Assembly: GCA_003514055.1 (NCBI GenBank) | Contig: DOSG01000001.1 | Location: forward strand, 24,571-88,570 | Direction of reading: 5' to 3' | Length of the DNA: 64,000 bases | DNA from: Candidatus Yanofskybacteria bacterium | GTDB lineage: Bacteria > Patescibacteriota > Minisyncoccia > 2-02-FULL-40-12 > GWA2-44-9 | Shown here: positions 37,988 through 47,469 of the stretch, piece after piece | Layout of the letters: each line of letters starts with the position of its first letter | How positions within the stretch are numbered: position 1 is the first letter of the stretch | The notes under the pieces: model-generated | What the model was told of the DNA's origin: nothing | Seen by the model: the letters and a program-made list of their open reading frames with translations, nothing else | The model's database searches: none | Program-made: the position numbers and the translations under genes

Positions 37988-38119
37988 GAGACCCTCCACG
38001 TCTGTTGAAAGAACCTTCTACGCGATGAGGATGATAACATGTTGGTAGATATCGTCAAGTTGCTTAGGCCTCAATACAAAACATCGGCCAGAGGCCGATG
38101 TGGGGGGGGCAGAAGGTAT

Positions 38120-38350
38120 CTACTTCTTTATGACTGTAGCTGGGCATTCTGCCGCTTTTTTTACAAGACTATCATATTCAAACGATTCGTTTCCGCTGGT
38201 GGTTACTTTACGAGTGGTGCTCGGCAAGGCGATCGCATCGCCAGAATCGTCAGAAATCAAATGCAATTGGACTGAGCCGCTGGGCCAAATTCTGACTCTG
38301 AGTACGCGATTGTGATCGTCCAAGAAAAATCTGTGTTTAGGAATCGCCAC
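38120..38350 (-). CDS. Small hypothetical protein
   Basis: aaggag RBS, own promoter-like ttgaca and downstream hairpin. Confidence 0.45.
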   Translation of the reverse strand: MAIPKHRFFLDDHNRVLRVRIWPSGSVQLHLISDDSGDAIALPSTTRKVTTSGNESFEYDSLVKKAAECPATVIKK

Positions 38351-38488
38351 GGCACTTCTCCTTAGAGAACGAATGGACTAAGAATATGCTGCCACAATAG
38401 GGCCCCCGTGTCAATGTAGAGCCTCTGCTAAATAAAAAGACGGGCGGCCTGGTGGCCGCCCGTTGGCACCTATGGTGCTTGGCGCTAA

Positions 38489-38929
38489 CTACGATTCGAC
38501 GACTGGCGTCGTCGGCGCTATCGCGTCCGTGAGGGTGAGGATTTTCTCGGCATTCTCGACGCTGACCACGCCTTCTGCGATTGCCAGGGCCATTACGCTC
38601 GGCCAATCTAATAACGCCGGCCACCTCGAGAGTTTGATGGCGGAGAGCCTAACTTCCTTGTCTGAGAGGCTCGACGACTTTGCTTTCTCGGCTGCTGCCG
38701 CCACGGCCTCGACATCAGTCGCCGGCAGACCGCAGGAGTCCAACTCCTGCATCGTGGCCGCCGTCTCTTCCGGCGTTTGCTCGATCTTGCCTTCGGCGAG
38801 GCCGCTGGTCACGAGCTCCTCTCCGCCCGCGATGGAGAAGAAGCTTCGCGATGTTGGCCCGCCTTCGGCCTGGAGCTTGCGATGGGGCCGTTCGAGGCCA
38901 CACGGACACTGAATGACTGTGATCTTCAT
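38489..38929 (-). CDS. Hypothetical CxCG protein, paralog B
   Basis: Paralogy with 37595..37987; aggagg RBS; same terminator acgggcggcctggtggccgcccgt. Confidence 0.7.
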   Translation of the reverse strand: MKITVIQCPCGLERPHRKLQAEGGPTSRSFFSIAGGEELVTSGLAEGKIEQTPEETAATMQELDSCGLPATDVEAVAAAAEKAKSSSLSDKEVRLSAIKLSRWPALLDWPSVMALAIAEGVVSVENAEKILTLTDAIAPTTPVVES

Positions 38930-39007
38930 GGAAAGAACCTCCTGGTTGACGATGGCCACATACTAGCACGCTAGGGCATAATGTCAAGCGTGTGAACTTG
39001 GCGTGAC

Positions 39008-39070
39008 TAGAATACAATGGCTGCCTTTTCCGGCAGCTGCCGGAGCCAAAAAGGCAGCCATTGTATTCTA
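39008..39070. repeat. REP-like palindrome (variant arms) with ccggcagctgccgg core
   Basis: Perfect 22-bp inverted repeat tagaatacaatggctgcctttt/aaaaggcagccattgtattcta. Confidence 0.75.
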
Positions 39071-39094
39071 AGTCGTTTATGATTAAATTTAGAT

Positions 39095-39562
39095 ATGAAG
39101 AAACTTTCCTGGGATGATATCGAAACAATGACAGACGAACTGGCCGGCAAGATTAAGGCCAGCGGTTTTGAGCCAGACTATATTATCGGCATAACCATTG
39201 GCGGATTGATTCCGCTTCATTTTTTGGCCAAGAAGTTAGGCGGCACATCTAATATCCTGACCATATCCGTCAATTCGTATAACAAAGACAAGAAGGGAAG
39301 CGTGAATATCAAATATATGCCCGAAGTAGATCTGAGCGGTAAGAAGGTGTTACTCTTGGATGAAATTGTGGGTACAGGCGATACCATCAAAGAAGTCTCG
39401 GCTGTTCTGAACGACAAGTACAAAGTCGGAGAACTGAAGACGATCTCCCTTGTTGTTCTGAAAGATAGTAATCCTCATCCTGACTTCTACGCATTAGAGG
39501 TGGATGGCGATTGGGTTGTGTTTCCATGGGACAAGCACGAATTCCCCGAACATTTTAAATAA
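39095..39562 (+). CDS. Purine phosphoribosyltransferase (Gpt/Hpt-like)
   Basis: GGLIP, VLLLDEIVGTGDT PRPP-binding loop, WVVFPWD. Confidence 0.88.
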   Translation: MKKLSWDDIETMTDELAGKIKASGFEPDYIIGITIGGLIPLHFLAKKLGGTSNILTISVNSYNKDKKGSVNIKYMPEVDLSGKKVLLLDEIVGTGDTIKEVSAVLNDKYKVGELKTISLVVLKDSNPHPDFYALEVDGDWVVFPWDKHEFPEHFK

Positions 39563-39569
39563 TTATGAA

Positions 39570-39616
39570 AATGGCGGTCTTTTTGTCCGGCAACTGCCGG
39601 ATCAAAGACCGCCATT
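39570..39616. repeat. REP-like palindrome
   Basis: aatggcggtcttt...tccggcaactgccgga...aaagaccgccatt. Confidence 0.8.
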
Positions 39617-39630
39617 AAGATCTAATCACA

Positions 39631-40158
39631 ATGAGCAGACATAACTATGCGGGTAGAAAATATGAAGTTGTGGCGTATGATCCAGAATGGCCGAAACTTT
39701 TTGAATTAGAAGCCTCCAGGCTTAGATTAACTTTCGGAGAGGATGCTCTAATGATTGAGCACATTGGTAGCACCTCGGTTCCAGGATTAGACAGTAAGCC
39801 GACCGTGGATATACTAATAACTGTTAAAGATATCGCTACCGTGGAATCTCATGTTTTAGATATGGAATCTATAGGGTATAAACATCTCGGAGAGTATGTG
39901 AAGCCTGGGACGCACCTTTTCGTTAAAGAACGACCCGATAACGCAGACAGGCTTTTCAACGTCCACGTATTCCCCAGCGATCATCCGCACGTACAAGATA
40001 TGCTTAAACTAAGAGATTATTTCCGCACTCATCCAGAAGAAGTAACGAAGTATATGAATCTCAAGCGAGAATTATTTGAAAAATATCCCGACGACTATGG
40101 TCAATATCGAAGATTTAAAGACGAATACATGGAGGAGTTAAAAAAGAGGATCATATAA
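39631..40158 (+). CDS. GrpB-family (UPF0157) nucleotidyltransferase-fold protein
   Basis: YDPEW...F..E, IEHIGSTSVPGL.SKP.VDI, RDY.R.HP...Y..LK. Confidence 0.9.
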   Translation: MSRHNYAGRKYEVVAYDPEWPKLFELEASRLRLTFGEDALMIEHIGSTSVPGLDSKPTVDILITVKDIATVESHVLDMESIGYKHLGEYVKPGTHLFVKERPDNADRLFNVHVFPSDHPHVQDMLKLRDYFRTHPEEVTKYMNLKRELFEKYPDDYGQYRRFKDEYMEELKKRII

Positions 40159-40159
40159 A

Positions 40160-40214
40160 AATGGCGGTCTTTTAGGCGGCAAAGACCGCCATTGTTAATT
40201 AAAAGACCGTCATT
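40160..40214. repeat. REP-like palindrome plus extra half-site
   Basis: aatggcggtcttt...aaagaccgccatt...aaagaccgtcatt. Confidence 0.8.
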
Positions 40215-40228
40215 AAGACTTAATTCCA

Positions 40229-40714
40229 ATGGGTAATATCGAATCAAAATTTAAAGATTTTCTAAAAGTTGCTAAGATTTTAAACGACAAGAACATCGTA
40301 CCCGTTCTCTATGGTTCTTTAGGCTTATATCAAATCATTAAACCTTTGAGCGAAATTGATGACATCGATATGCTTGTATCTGACGAATGGTTGAAAGATA
40401 GGTGGCCAGAGTTTAAAGCGTACTTAGAATCTCATGGCTTTAGAATGGACGATGAGCATGAGCACGAATTCTCCCATCCGGATATTAAAGGTTGGATAGC
40501 TTTCGCTTCAATCCAAGAATCGCATATTCACTCTGGGCTAAACAGAGACGACCTTCAAGAAGTCGTCCACGACGGCGTAAATTACTTGGTACTTACTCCA
40601 GAACAATATCTACGTGCCTATCGGGCTTGTCTCAAAGATAGCTATCGCCAGAGTAAAAAAGGCGACGCTGATTTAATAAAAATCAAAGCCCTCGAAGAAT
40701 ATATGGCGAGATAA
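40229..40714 (+). CDS. Nucleotidyltransferase-fold protein
   Basis: LYGSLGL...DDIDML (GS...DxD). Confidence 0.7.
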   Translation: MGNIESKFKDFLKVAKILNDKNIVPVLYGSLGLYQIIKPLSEIDDIDMLVSDEWLKDRWPEFKAYLESHGFRMDDEHEHEFSHPDIKGWIAFASIQESHIHSGLNRDDLQEVVHDGVNYLVLTPEQYLRAYRACLKDSYRQSKKGDADLIKIKALEEYMAR

Positions 40715-40715
40715 C

Positions 40716-40762
40716 AATGGCGGTCTTTTGAGCTCCGGCAGCTGCCGGAAAAGACCGCCATT
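40716..40762. repeat. REP-like palindrome
   Basis: aatggcggtctttt...tccggcagctgccgga aaagaccgccatt. Confidence 0.8.
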
Positions 40763-40776
40763 AAGATTGAACTAAG

Positions 40777-41199
40777 ATGCCAGAAGAAAACCAAAGCATA
40801 CCACCGATAGTTGAAGATCAATCCACGACACGGCAGGATGTGCCGCAGGTTGAGATCAAAGTTGAAGAATCGCCGACAGCGTCGGCCCCGGAGCCAATGG
40901 CTCCTCAGCCGCCACCGACCACAGAACCCCCTCCGGCAGCTGCCGGATCATCCGAAAGCATTATCTCTCGTCTTCTGACTAAAGCTCGCCAAGCCATCAA
41001 ACAACGCAAAGAGAAAAAGAAACAGAAGATTCTCTCCGCCCTCGCCGAAAAAGGCCAGCTGACCAATGAAGATATCCGTAAGCTTCTCCGATGTTCTGAC
41101 GCCACGGCCAGACGCTTTTTGACTGAGCTAGAGAAAGAAGGCAAGATTCAGCAGATTGGCAATGATGGTAGAAGCGTCCACTACAAACCGCTCAACTAA
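40777..41199 (+). CDS. Winged-helix (DeoR-like HTH) protein with disordered N-terminus
   Basis: G.LTN.DIRKLL.CS.ATARRFL.ELEKEG.I.Q.G. Confidence 0.8.
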   Translation: MPEENQSIPPIVEDQSTTRQDVPQVEIKVEESPTASAPEPMAPQPPPTTEPPPAAAGSSESIISRLLTKARQAIKQRKEKKKQKILSALAEKGQLTNEDIRKLLRCSDATARRFLTELEKEGKIQQIGNDGRSVHYKPLN

Positions 41200-41520
41200 T
41201 CCCTTCTAAACCGCTCATTTCCACCAAATGAGCGGTTATTCTTGTATGAGCTTATCAACATTCTTTGCGCTTGTATTGATGCGCCCAAGTGCTTAAATGA
41301 ATGCATATGTTCTTTGGAAGCTGACGGGGAGACAAGGTTCCGGGCTCTTTTTAACTTCACGCTAAGTCGCTTTTATTTCTCCCTCCATAGCTGCTTTAGG
41401 GCAATTATGGTGGGGGAAAGAATAAAGGTCGACGACCCTCGCTGTTAATCAATTGCACGACTACTTAGGATGAAAGAGGGTCATCGACACTCGATCATCT
41501 AATTGTCGTGGTATATCAAT

Positions 41521-41706
41521 ATGTCCAAAAAACATGTTGTAGTCCATACCGGGGAGGTAACTCCCAAGTCTGGACAGTACCATCCTGCGGGAGCTCCGCG
41601 GAATCGCGAAATTACCCTTTCTAAGGGTGATCGTGTTCCGCCGAACAATCAAGGGAAGCAGCAGCGTTTCACCATAATCGATCCGACTAAGGTGAAAAAT
41701 CGCTAG
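41521..41706 (+). CDS. YjzC-family small protein
   Basis: TGE..PKSGQY...E.TL.KGDR.PP. Confidence 0.75.
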   Translation: MSKKHVVVHTGEVTPKSGQYHPAGAPRNREITLSKGDRVPPNNQGKQQRFTIIDPTKVKNR

Positions 41707-41762
41707 TTGCTAGTCGTTCTTCTCGTTGGCTTTCAGGGAATATATAATTTGCGTAAATAAAT

Positions 41763-42173
41763 ATGAATAGCGAGATAGAAAAATTAAAATTACTTGAAGA
41801 ATCAAGATCGTCTCATGAAAAATTTCATTGGAACTGGACCTTTCTTTCAGGCGGAACACTCACCTTGCTAATAGGATTCATAGAGAGAATAAGTCCAATA
41901 GATAATCCGTCTCTTAGATTACTGGCGAGATACTCGATCATTTTTATGATAGCCGCCTTAGTCTTATCACCCATTAGAAATCTTTTGTCTGCGCTAATTG
42001 TTGGCAAGATGGCGAGTATAGAATCTATGAGCACTCGTAAGGAGATATTGAGTTTTTTTAATGATGCAAAGATAGTTGGCTTTTTCGTAAACGTCATAGC
42101 TCTACTCAGTATATGTTTATATATACTTGGGTTAAGCATTATGTCATATGTAGCTATATCAACTTTTTTGTAA
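41763..42173 (+). CDS. Hypothetical membrane protein
   Basis: Three hydrophobic segments. Confidence 0.55.
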   Translation: MNSEIEKLKLLEESRSSHEKFHWNWTFLSGGTLTLLIGFIERISPIDNPSLRLLARYSIIFMIAALVLSPIRNLLSALIVGKMASIESMSTRKEILSFFNDAKIVGFFVNVIALLSICLYILGLSIMSYVAISTFL

Positions 42174-42205
42174 GCCAATAAAAAGAATGGGCTAAGTTCA
42201 AATAT

Positions 42206-42664
42206 ATGGATCAATATTTAGAGGATCAGAAAAAAGAGCTTTTTGAGCGATTATCTCCAGAAGAGAAGATCAATCTTTTGGGTCCGCAATTGCAACTATA
42301 TGCGTCAGCTGTTTCTAAAAAAATGGCCACGTTGTCATCGGTTGCTGCGTTGTCGGCTACCCTTATAATTATCTCCACGCTTAATAGGGCCTTAGTGCCA
42401 CTAAGCGATAACGAAATACGTACGGTTCTCTCAATATTTCTAATCCTTATACCTATCTCTTTGCATATCTACATTAAGGACATTGAAGACAGCGCAAAAA
42501 ATTCCCTAGAAACTATAAAGTCATATCATAGAGAAGATATACTTGGAGATCTAGAAAAAGATGTATTATTTAGTGATAAGCTTGTCTCTAAATCCCCAAT
42601 GGTAATGACGTGTATATTTTATATCCTCATAGGCTTTATCATATTAAAGATCTGGTTAAGATGA
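42206..42664 (+). CDS. Hypothetical membrane protein
   Basis: Three hydrophobic segments; ATGA overlap with next gene. Confidence 0.55.
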   Translation: MDQYLEDQKKELFERLSPEEKINLLGPQLQLYASAVSKKMATLSSVAALSATLIIISTLNRALVPLSDNEIRTVLSIFLILIPISLHIYIKDIEDSAKNSLETIKSYHREDILGDLEKDVLFSDKLVSKSPMVMTCIFYILIGFIILKIWLR

Positions 42665-43188
42665 GCGAATATTCAATAATAATTGATGGCGTTAAATGGT
42701 ATATAGATAGTTTTAGACATGTTAAACCCTTGTGTCCAAAACATCACCTCCCACTCTATCTAGAAGTTAACGACTACAACGAGTGTTATCTAAAATGCGA
42801 AGAATGTGCTAACTCTTACATGTTCAAGAGAGAATTTAATGCTCAGAAACAATACATCTTAGACAAGCTCGATTCGAAGATGTTTAAGAACATGAGATTT
42901 ATCAACCTGGACGACGAAGCCATTCCGATTGCAGAAGCAAAAGCATCATCCAAAGATAATAAATATTTTGCAACCGCCGTTCTTACAGAATCTAAAGTTG
43001 GTAAAAGATTGGTGGTATATGCCGGAGAAAAAGGTAAGCCTACGAAAACTCAAATTTTCGTAGAGCCGGAGATTAAAAGATTATCCTTCGACCAGAAAGA
43101 CCTTCATCCGGCAGATGTTTTTACAAAACTTGAGGCAACTTTTGATAACGGAGATGCCACAGTCATTAAGAAAAGTAAAAAACCATGA
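42661..43188 (+). CDS. Hypothetical protein with N-terminal Zn ribbon
   Basis: CPKH...CEEC; ATGA overlaps at both ends. Confidence 0.6.
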   Translation: MSEYSIIIDGVKWYIDSFRHVKPLCPKHHLPLYLEVNDYNECYLKCEECANSYMFKREFNAQKQYILDKLDSKMFKNMRFINLDDEAIPIAEAKASSKDNKYFATAVLTESKVGKRLVVYAGEKGKPTKTQIFVEPEIKRLSFDQKDLHPADVFTKLEATFDNGDATVIKKSKKP

Positions 43189-43865
43189 AAACTGTTGTAA
43201 TAACGGGGACGAGCAAGGGAATTGGATTGGCCACGGCCAAGAAGTTTTTGGATGAGGGCTGGCGTGTTATCGGCACATACTTCGATAAGCCAATTCCGCT
43301 AGAACACGAGAATCTGGTTGCCATTCAATATGATCAAGGTAATTCGGAGAGTGTGGCCGAAGTGGCCACGCAGATTGCCAAGATCGCACCAAGCGTGGAT
43401 GCATTGGTTAACAACGCTGGAATCCTTATTGACGCCACCGACAAAGTTGCTGATCCGGTCAAAATCAGAAAAACACTCGAAGTTAATGTAATCGGCGTCA
43501 TTGATTTAACTGAACGACTGCTGGCACTACTTCACACGGGCAGTCATATTGTAAACATGAATTCCGGCTATGGCTCGATCTCGAAACCAGAATTAGACGA
43601 CGAGACCTCTTCCGGATATCGCATATCGAAAGCGGCTTTAAATATGTATACTCGTCATTTAGCTTTTCGAGTAGAATCAAAGGGGATTATAGTTTCGGCT
43701 TTTGCACCGGGCTGGGTGAATACGGATATGGGCAATATTATCGCTACAGACACAGATAGACCCTATCGAGAACCCGAAGAGGCGGCTGATGATATATTTC
43801 AATTAGTAACTACCGTCACAGAAACCGGCCAATTTTGGAAAGAAGGCCAAAAAATGGATTGGTAA
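43185..43865 (+). CDS. Short-chain dehydrogenase/reductase
   Basis: TGTSKGIG, NNAG, YRISK, PGWV.TDM. Confidence 0.92.
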   Translation: MKTVVITGTSKGIGLATAKKFLDEGWRVIGTYFDKPIPLEHENLVAIQYDQGNSESVAEVATQIAKIAPSVDALVNNAGILIDATDKVADPVKIRKTLEVNVIGVIDLTERLLALLHTGSHIVNMNSGYGSISKPELDDETSSGYRISKAALNMYTRHLAFRVESKGIIVSAFAPGWVNTDMGNIIATDTDRPYREPEEAADDIFQLVTTVTETGQFWKEGQKMDW

Positions 43866-43873
43866 TCAACGAA

Positions 43874-44389
43874 ATGGCACATATTAATGTAGAGATAAAA
43901 GCTCGATGCGATAATCACGAAAAGATTCGTGAAATCTTAAAATCGAAGTCTGCCAACTTTAAAGGCACCGATCATCAAATTGATACATATTTCAATGTGC
44001 CCAATGGCAGGTTAAAATTAAGATAGGGGAATATCGAAAATTGTCTTATATTTTATGAGAGAGAAGACAAGGAGGGTCCAAAACAATCTAACGTGTCGCT
44101 TTTTAAAAACGATCCAAGCTCACCGCTCAAGAGTGTGCTCTGTAGCTCTTTGGGAGGATTGGTCGTAGTAGATAAGCAAAGGGAAATATATTTTATAGAT
44201 AACGTAAAATTTCATATTGATACCGTTGCTAATCTCGGCACTTTTATAGAAATTGAAGCTATCGATAAGGATGACGTTATCGGGAAGAATAAGCTTCAAG
44301 AGCAGTGCCAGTATTATCTAGATCTTTTCGGAATCTCTGCCGGCGATCTAATATCAAATTCTTATTCCGACATGTTGTTAAAAAAATAA
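43874..44389 (+). pseudogene. Class IV adenylate cyclase (CyaB/CYTH) interrupted by an in-frame TAG at 44024-44026
   Basis: VEIKAR, QIDTYF, RLKLR*GNIEN, V.KQRE, HIDTV..LG.F.EIE, SYSD all in one frame. Confidence 0.85.
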
Positions 44390-44395
44390 CTAAGT

Positions 44396-44995
44396 ATGGC
44401 GATTAATCACAAAGATAAAACTATAGAGACATATAACACTAGCATCCAAGCGCTGGTAAAGAAATTCGCGAATTTTGGACCCCGCATCGAAGACATTAAG
44501 CGAGGATTCTCGTATATTTCTAAAGAAAATCCAAATGTCTTAGAAATTGGCTGTGGCTATGGCCGAGAAGCGAAAGAAATATTGAAGTTAACTAGCCACT
44601 ACCTAGGGATGGATATTTCCGAAGAGATGATAAGGAAGGCGAAAAACGATGTGCCTGATGGCAATTTCGTTGTATCTGACATCGAGAATTATGTGTTTCC
44701 GGACGGTTTGGATATTATTTTCTCGTTCGCATCATTGTTGCACTCAGACATAGAAAATCTTAGGCTAATAGCCGAACGAGCCTATGAAGCGCTTGCAAAA
44801 AATGGCATATTTTATATATCTTTGAAGCGAGGCGTCTATCATAGGGAGATTCAAGAAGATGAATTTGGCACTAGGGTTTACTACTATTATGCTCCCGAAG
44901 ATATTGAAGCGCTGGATCCTAGGTTTACTACCGTTTGGAAAGACGAACACGAGCATGGGGGCCAAGATTGGTTTACAATAATTTTAAAGAGATAA
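44396..44995 (+). CDS. Class I SAM-dependent methyltransferase
   Basis: VLEIGCGYGRE, GMDIS, ASLLH. Confidence 0.9.
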   Translation: MAINHKDKTIETYNTSIQALVKKFANFGPRIEDIKRGFSYISKENPNVLEIGCGYGREAKEILKLTSHYLGMDISEEMIRKAKNDVPDGNFVVSDIENYVFPDGLDIIFSFASLLHSDIENLRLIAERAYEALAKNGIFYISLKRGVYHREIQEDEFGTRVYYYYAPEDIEALDPRFTTVWKDEHEHGGQDWFTIILKR

Positions 44996-45002
44996 AGCTA
45001 CA

Positions 45003-45374
45003 ATGAAAAAGATTTTTTATAACAAACTCATAAGAGACAGAATACCAGAGAAGATTAAGCGCAATGGCGGAGATTACGCGATTGAGAAACTTAATAAAAA
45101 AGCATTCGAGGCTGCACTTTTGACTAAAGTGGGTGAGGAAGCAAGCGGGTTGCTATCTTCTAAAACCAGAGAGGAGATAACTTCTGAATTAGCTGACATT
45201 ATTGCCGTTATCGACGAAATAAAGAAATTCAAAAAGATTACAGATAAACAAATATCCCAAGCTCTAGAAGAGAATTTTAATAAAAAGGGCGGTTTCGATA
45301 AAAGGTTATTCTTAATATGGTCTTCTGATACTGGGTACAAGACTAATGAGCGTAGGAATAAGTCAAAAAAATAA
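45003..45374 (+). CDS. Nucleoside triphosphate pyrophosphohydrolase (all-alpha NTP-PPase)
   Basis: YNKLIRDRIPE, K..EE, ELADI, KKGGF. Confidence 0.85.
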   Translation: MKKIFYNKLIRDRIPEKIKRNGGDYAIEKLNKKAFEAALLTKVGEEASGLLSSKTREEITSELADIIAVIDEIKKFKKITDKQISQALEENFNKKGGFDKRLFLIWSSDTGYKTNERRNKSKK

Positions 45375-45395
45375 AATTATAATTAATAAAAACAT

Positions 45396-45554
45396 ATGTG
45401 TAAAGGAACATCAGGGACGGTGTATGGCTTGGGTCTAATCGGTGCGGCTGTTTTCTATATTCAGCACGCAACGTCGTTTGGCGCTGGAGTGGTGGGCGTT
45501 CTCAAGGCCATCGTCTGGCCAGCGATGTTGGTTTACAAGCTACTCGGGCTCTAA
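45396..45554 (+). CDS. Small 52-aa membrane protein (absent from ORF track)
   Basis: MCKGTSGTVYGLGLIGAAVFYIQHATSFGAGVVGVLKAIVWPAMLVYKLLGL fills the gap between neighbours. Confidence 0.7.
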   Translation: MCKGTSGTVYGLGLIGAAVFYIQHATSFGAGVVGVLKAIVWPAMLVYKLLGL

Positions 45555-45558
45555 AAAC

Positions 45559-46620
45559 ATGAAACTATACGATATTGCCATGCTCCGCATGTACAACCAG
45601 CGGATCGTTGGCGACAAATTTAATAGACCCGAGGAAGTTGTCAGGCATTTGGGTGCCATTCAAGCTCAAGATTATCAAAGCGCTTTGTGGGCCATTGGTT
45701 TGCGCATGAAGAAAGCCGATAAGGCTGACGTCGAGAGGGCACTGGCCGAGGGAAAGATTGTTCGAACATGGCCGATGCGCGGGACGTTGCATTTCGTGGC
45801 CACGGAAGATGCTCATTGGATGATGGATCTGCTGGTGTCTAAGAATATCAGAGCCGCGGCCTTACGCGGCGATAAAAGATTCGGTCTCAATGATAACGTC
45901 ATTAATCAATGCAAACGAGTAATTCAAAAAGCTTTACGTGGCGGCAAATCATTATCTCGTCCAGAGCTTTACCAAGTTCTAGAGAGGCAGGACATAGATA
46001 CTAAGAACAGTCGTGGACTACACATTCTGGGTCGCCTAGCTCTTGAAAAAGTAATATGCTTTGGTCCTAGAAAAGATAAGCAGCAGGTTTTTGTACTCTT
46101 TGACGAATGGATTTCTGAATCCAAAAAACTTAGCCGAGATGAGTCTCTGGCCAAGTTAGCAATTAGATATTTCACTGGTCATGGCCCAGCTCAAATTAAG
46201 GACTTGGCTTGGTGGTCGGGTCTTTCGATTAAAGACATTGGCGTCGGGATTGAACTCGCTGGGCCTGAACTCGTAAAAGAAGTGGCTGATGGTAAAACAT
46301 ATTGGATGGCGCCCAAGCAGTCTAGGGTAGTAAAAAGTAACACGGCCTATTTGCTACCGGCGTTCGATGAGTTTTTGGTGGCCTATCGCGATCGGAGCGC
46401 TTCTCTTGAGGCGATCCACGCTAAGCATATAAATCCAGGAGCAAATGGCATGTTGAGTCCAGTGATCGTGATTAATGGACAAGTACTCGGGACTTGGAAG
46501 AGGATTACCAAGAGAGGCATGATCGATATCGAGCTCAAACCATTTGCCCAGCTTGCGACTGACCAAATGAAATCCATCGATAAGGAGAAAGAGGCTTATC
46601 TTAAATTCTTAAATCTTTGA
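45559..46620 (+). CDS. AlkZ/YcaQ-family winged-helix DNA glycosylase
   Basis: QAQ motif (AIQAQD), RTWPMRGTLH, Y...HGPA...D.AWWSG, LLPAFDE. Confidence 0.85.
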   Translation: MKLYDIAMLRMYNQRIVGDKFNRPEEVVRHLGAIQAQDYQSALWAIGLRMKKADKADVERALAEGKIVRTWPMRGTLHFVATEDAHWMMDLLVSKNIRAAALRGDKRFGLNDNVINQCKRVIQKALRGGKSLSRPELYQVLERQDIDTKNSRGLHILGRLALEKVICFGPRKDKQQVFVLFDEWISESKKLSRDESLAKLAIRYFTGHGPAQIKDLAWWSGLSIKDIGVGIELAGPELVKEVADGKTYWMAPKQSRVVKSNTAYLLPAFDEFLVAYRDRSASLEAIHAKHINPGANGMLSPVIVINGQVLGTWKRITKRGMIDIELKPFAQLATDQMKSIDKEKEAYLKFLNL

Positions 46621-46793
46621 ACCTAAGAAATTTTTTCATTGGCAGAGCAATCGGCTTTATTATTGTTTTGGGCCTAGTCTTGCTTTGGTATCTCATATCC
46701 AGATAGTCAGTCATTGGCAGATGATGCTTAGCTTGACTTCCCTCGGCTTAGTTGCGATACTATCGCCAGCATTTTGATAGCGGGAGGCACCTG

Positions 46794-47318
46794 ATGAGAG
46801 GATTCCTCGAAAACATAGGCAGGTCTACGATAAAATTTTTTCGAGATATTAGTATTAATGGTGAGATGATCCGTATCATCCTCGCAGACCCCAATGGGGT
46901 AGAGCTGACGTCATTATTTGAAGAGGTCCATAGGCGCGTACCTCGAGCGAACAAATTTGATATCGGGCCGGCATTGAGCGGCCTAATGTCCACTGGGCGA
47001 TATTCGTATGTCACGCTTACCGATAAAGATGGTTCAAAGCTTGCTGTAAGATATAACAAATTCAACAAAGTATCACTGTCGAGAAAACAGCAATGTCTCA
47101 AGCTCGGTCACGATGTGCCCGATGACGTGGCTTATCAGGCCGGTGGTGCTATTATGCGAGGCGGCTATTGTCGCAGGTGTCATGAGCTCGTAGATCTGGG
47201 TTGTCTAGGGAACGTCTGGACTAAGGAAACTGTCCAGACCAATGGCGTAGTGTCGCTGGAAGGATTCGACGTTTCGGTAGCAACTAACCAAGGTCTTAAG
47301 GTTTTCAATCTGAGTTAA
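46794..47318 (+). CDS. Hypothetical protein with CxxC motif
   Basis: gggagg RBS; C...GH...CRRC. Confidence 0.55.
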   Translation: MRGFLENIGRSTIKFFRDISINGEMIRIILADPNGVELTSLFEEVHRRVPRANKFDIGPALSGLMSTGRYSYVTLTDKDGSKLAVRYNKFNKVSLSRKQQCLKLGHDVPDDVAYQAGGAIMRGGYCRRCHELVDLGCLGNVWTKETVQTNGVVSLEGFDVSVATNQGLKVFNLS

Positions 47319-47469
47319 GCATTGTCCCCAATTGGGGACTTTTTGTTTGAATTTACATATTTGAATGCTTGATCAGAAGGTAGCACGTCAAATTGACGGA
47401 CATCTCATGTCGGTATATAATGTTGTCCAACAGGCAGAGGCTCTTTTACACCCAGAGGAGGGGTTTGCT

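Noticed and set aside
39008-40762. CRISPR array or classical integron attC array
   Set aside because: The spacers are whole genes, no cas or intI is present in the window, and the repeats lack RYYYAAC/GTTRRRY ends
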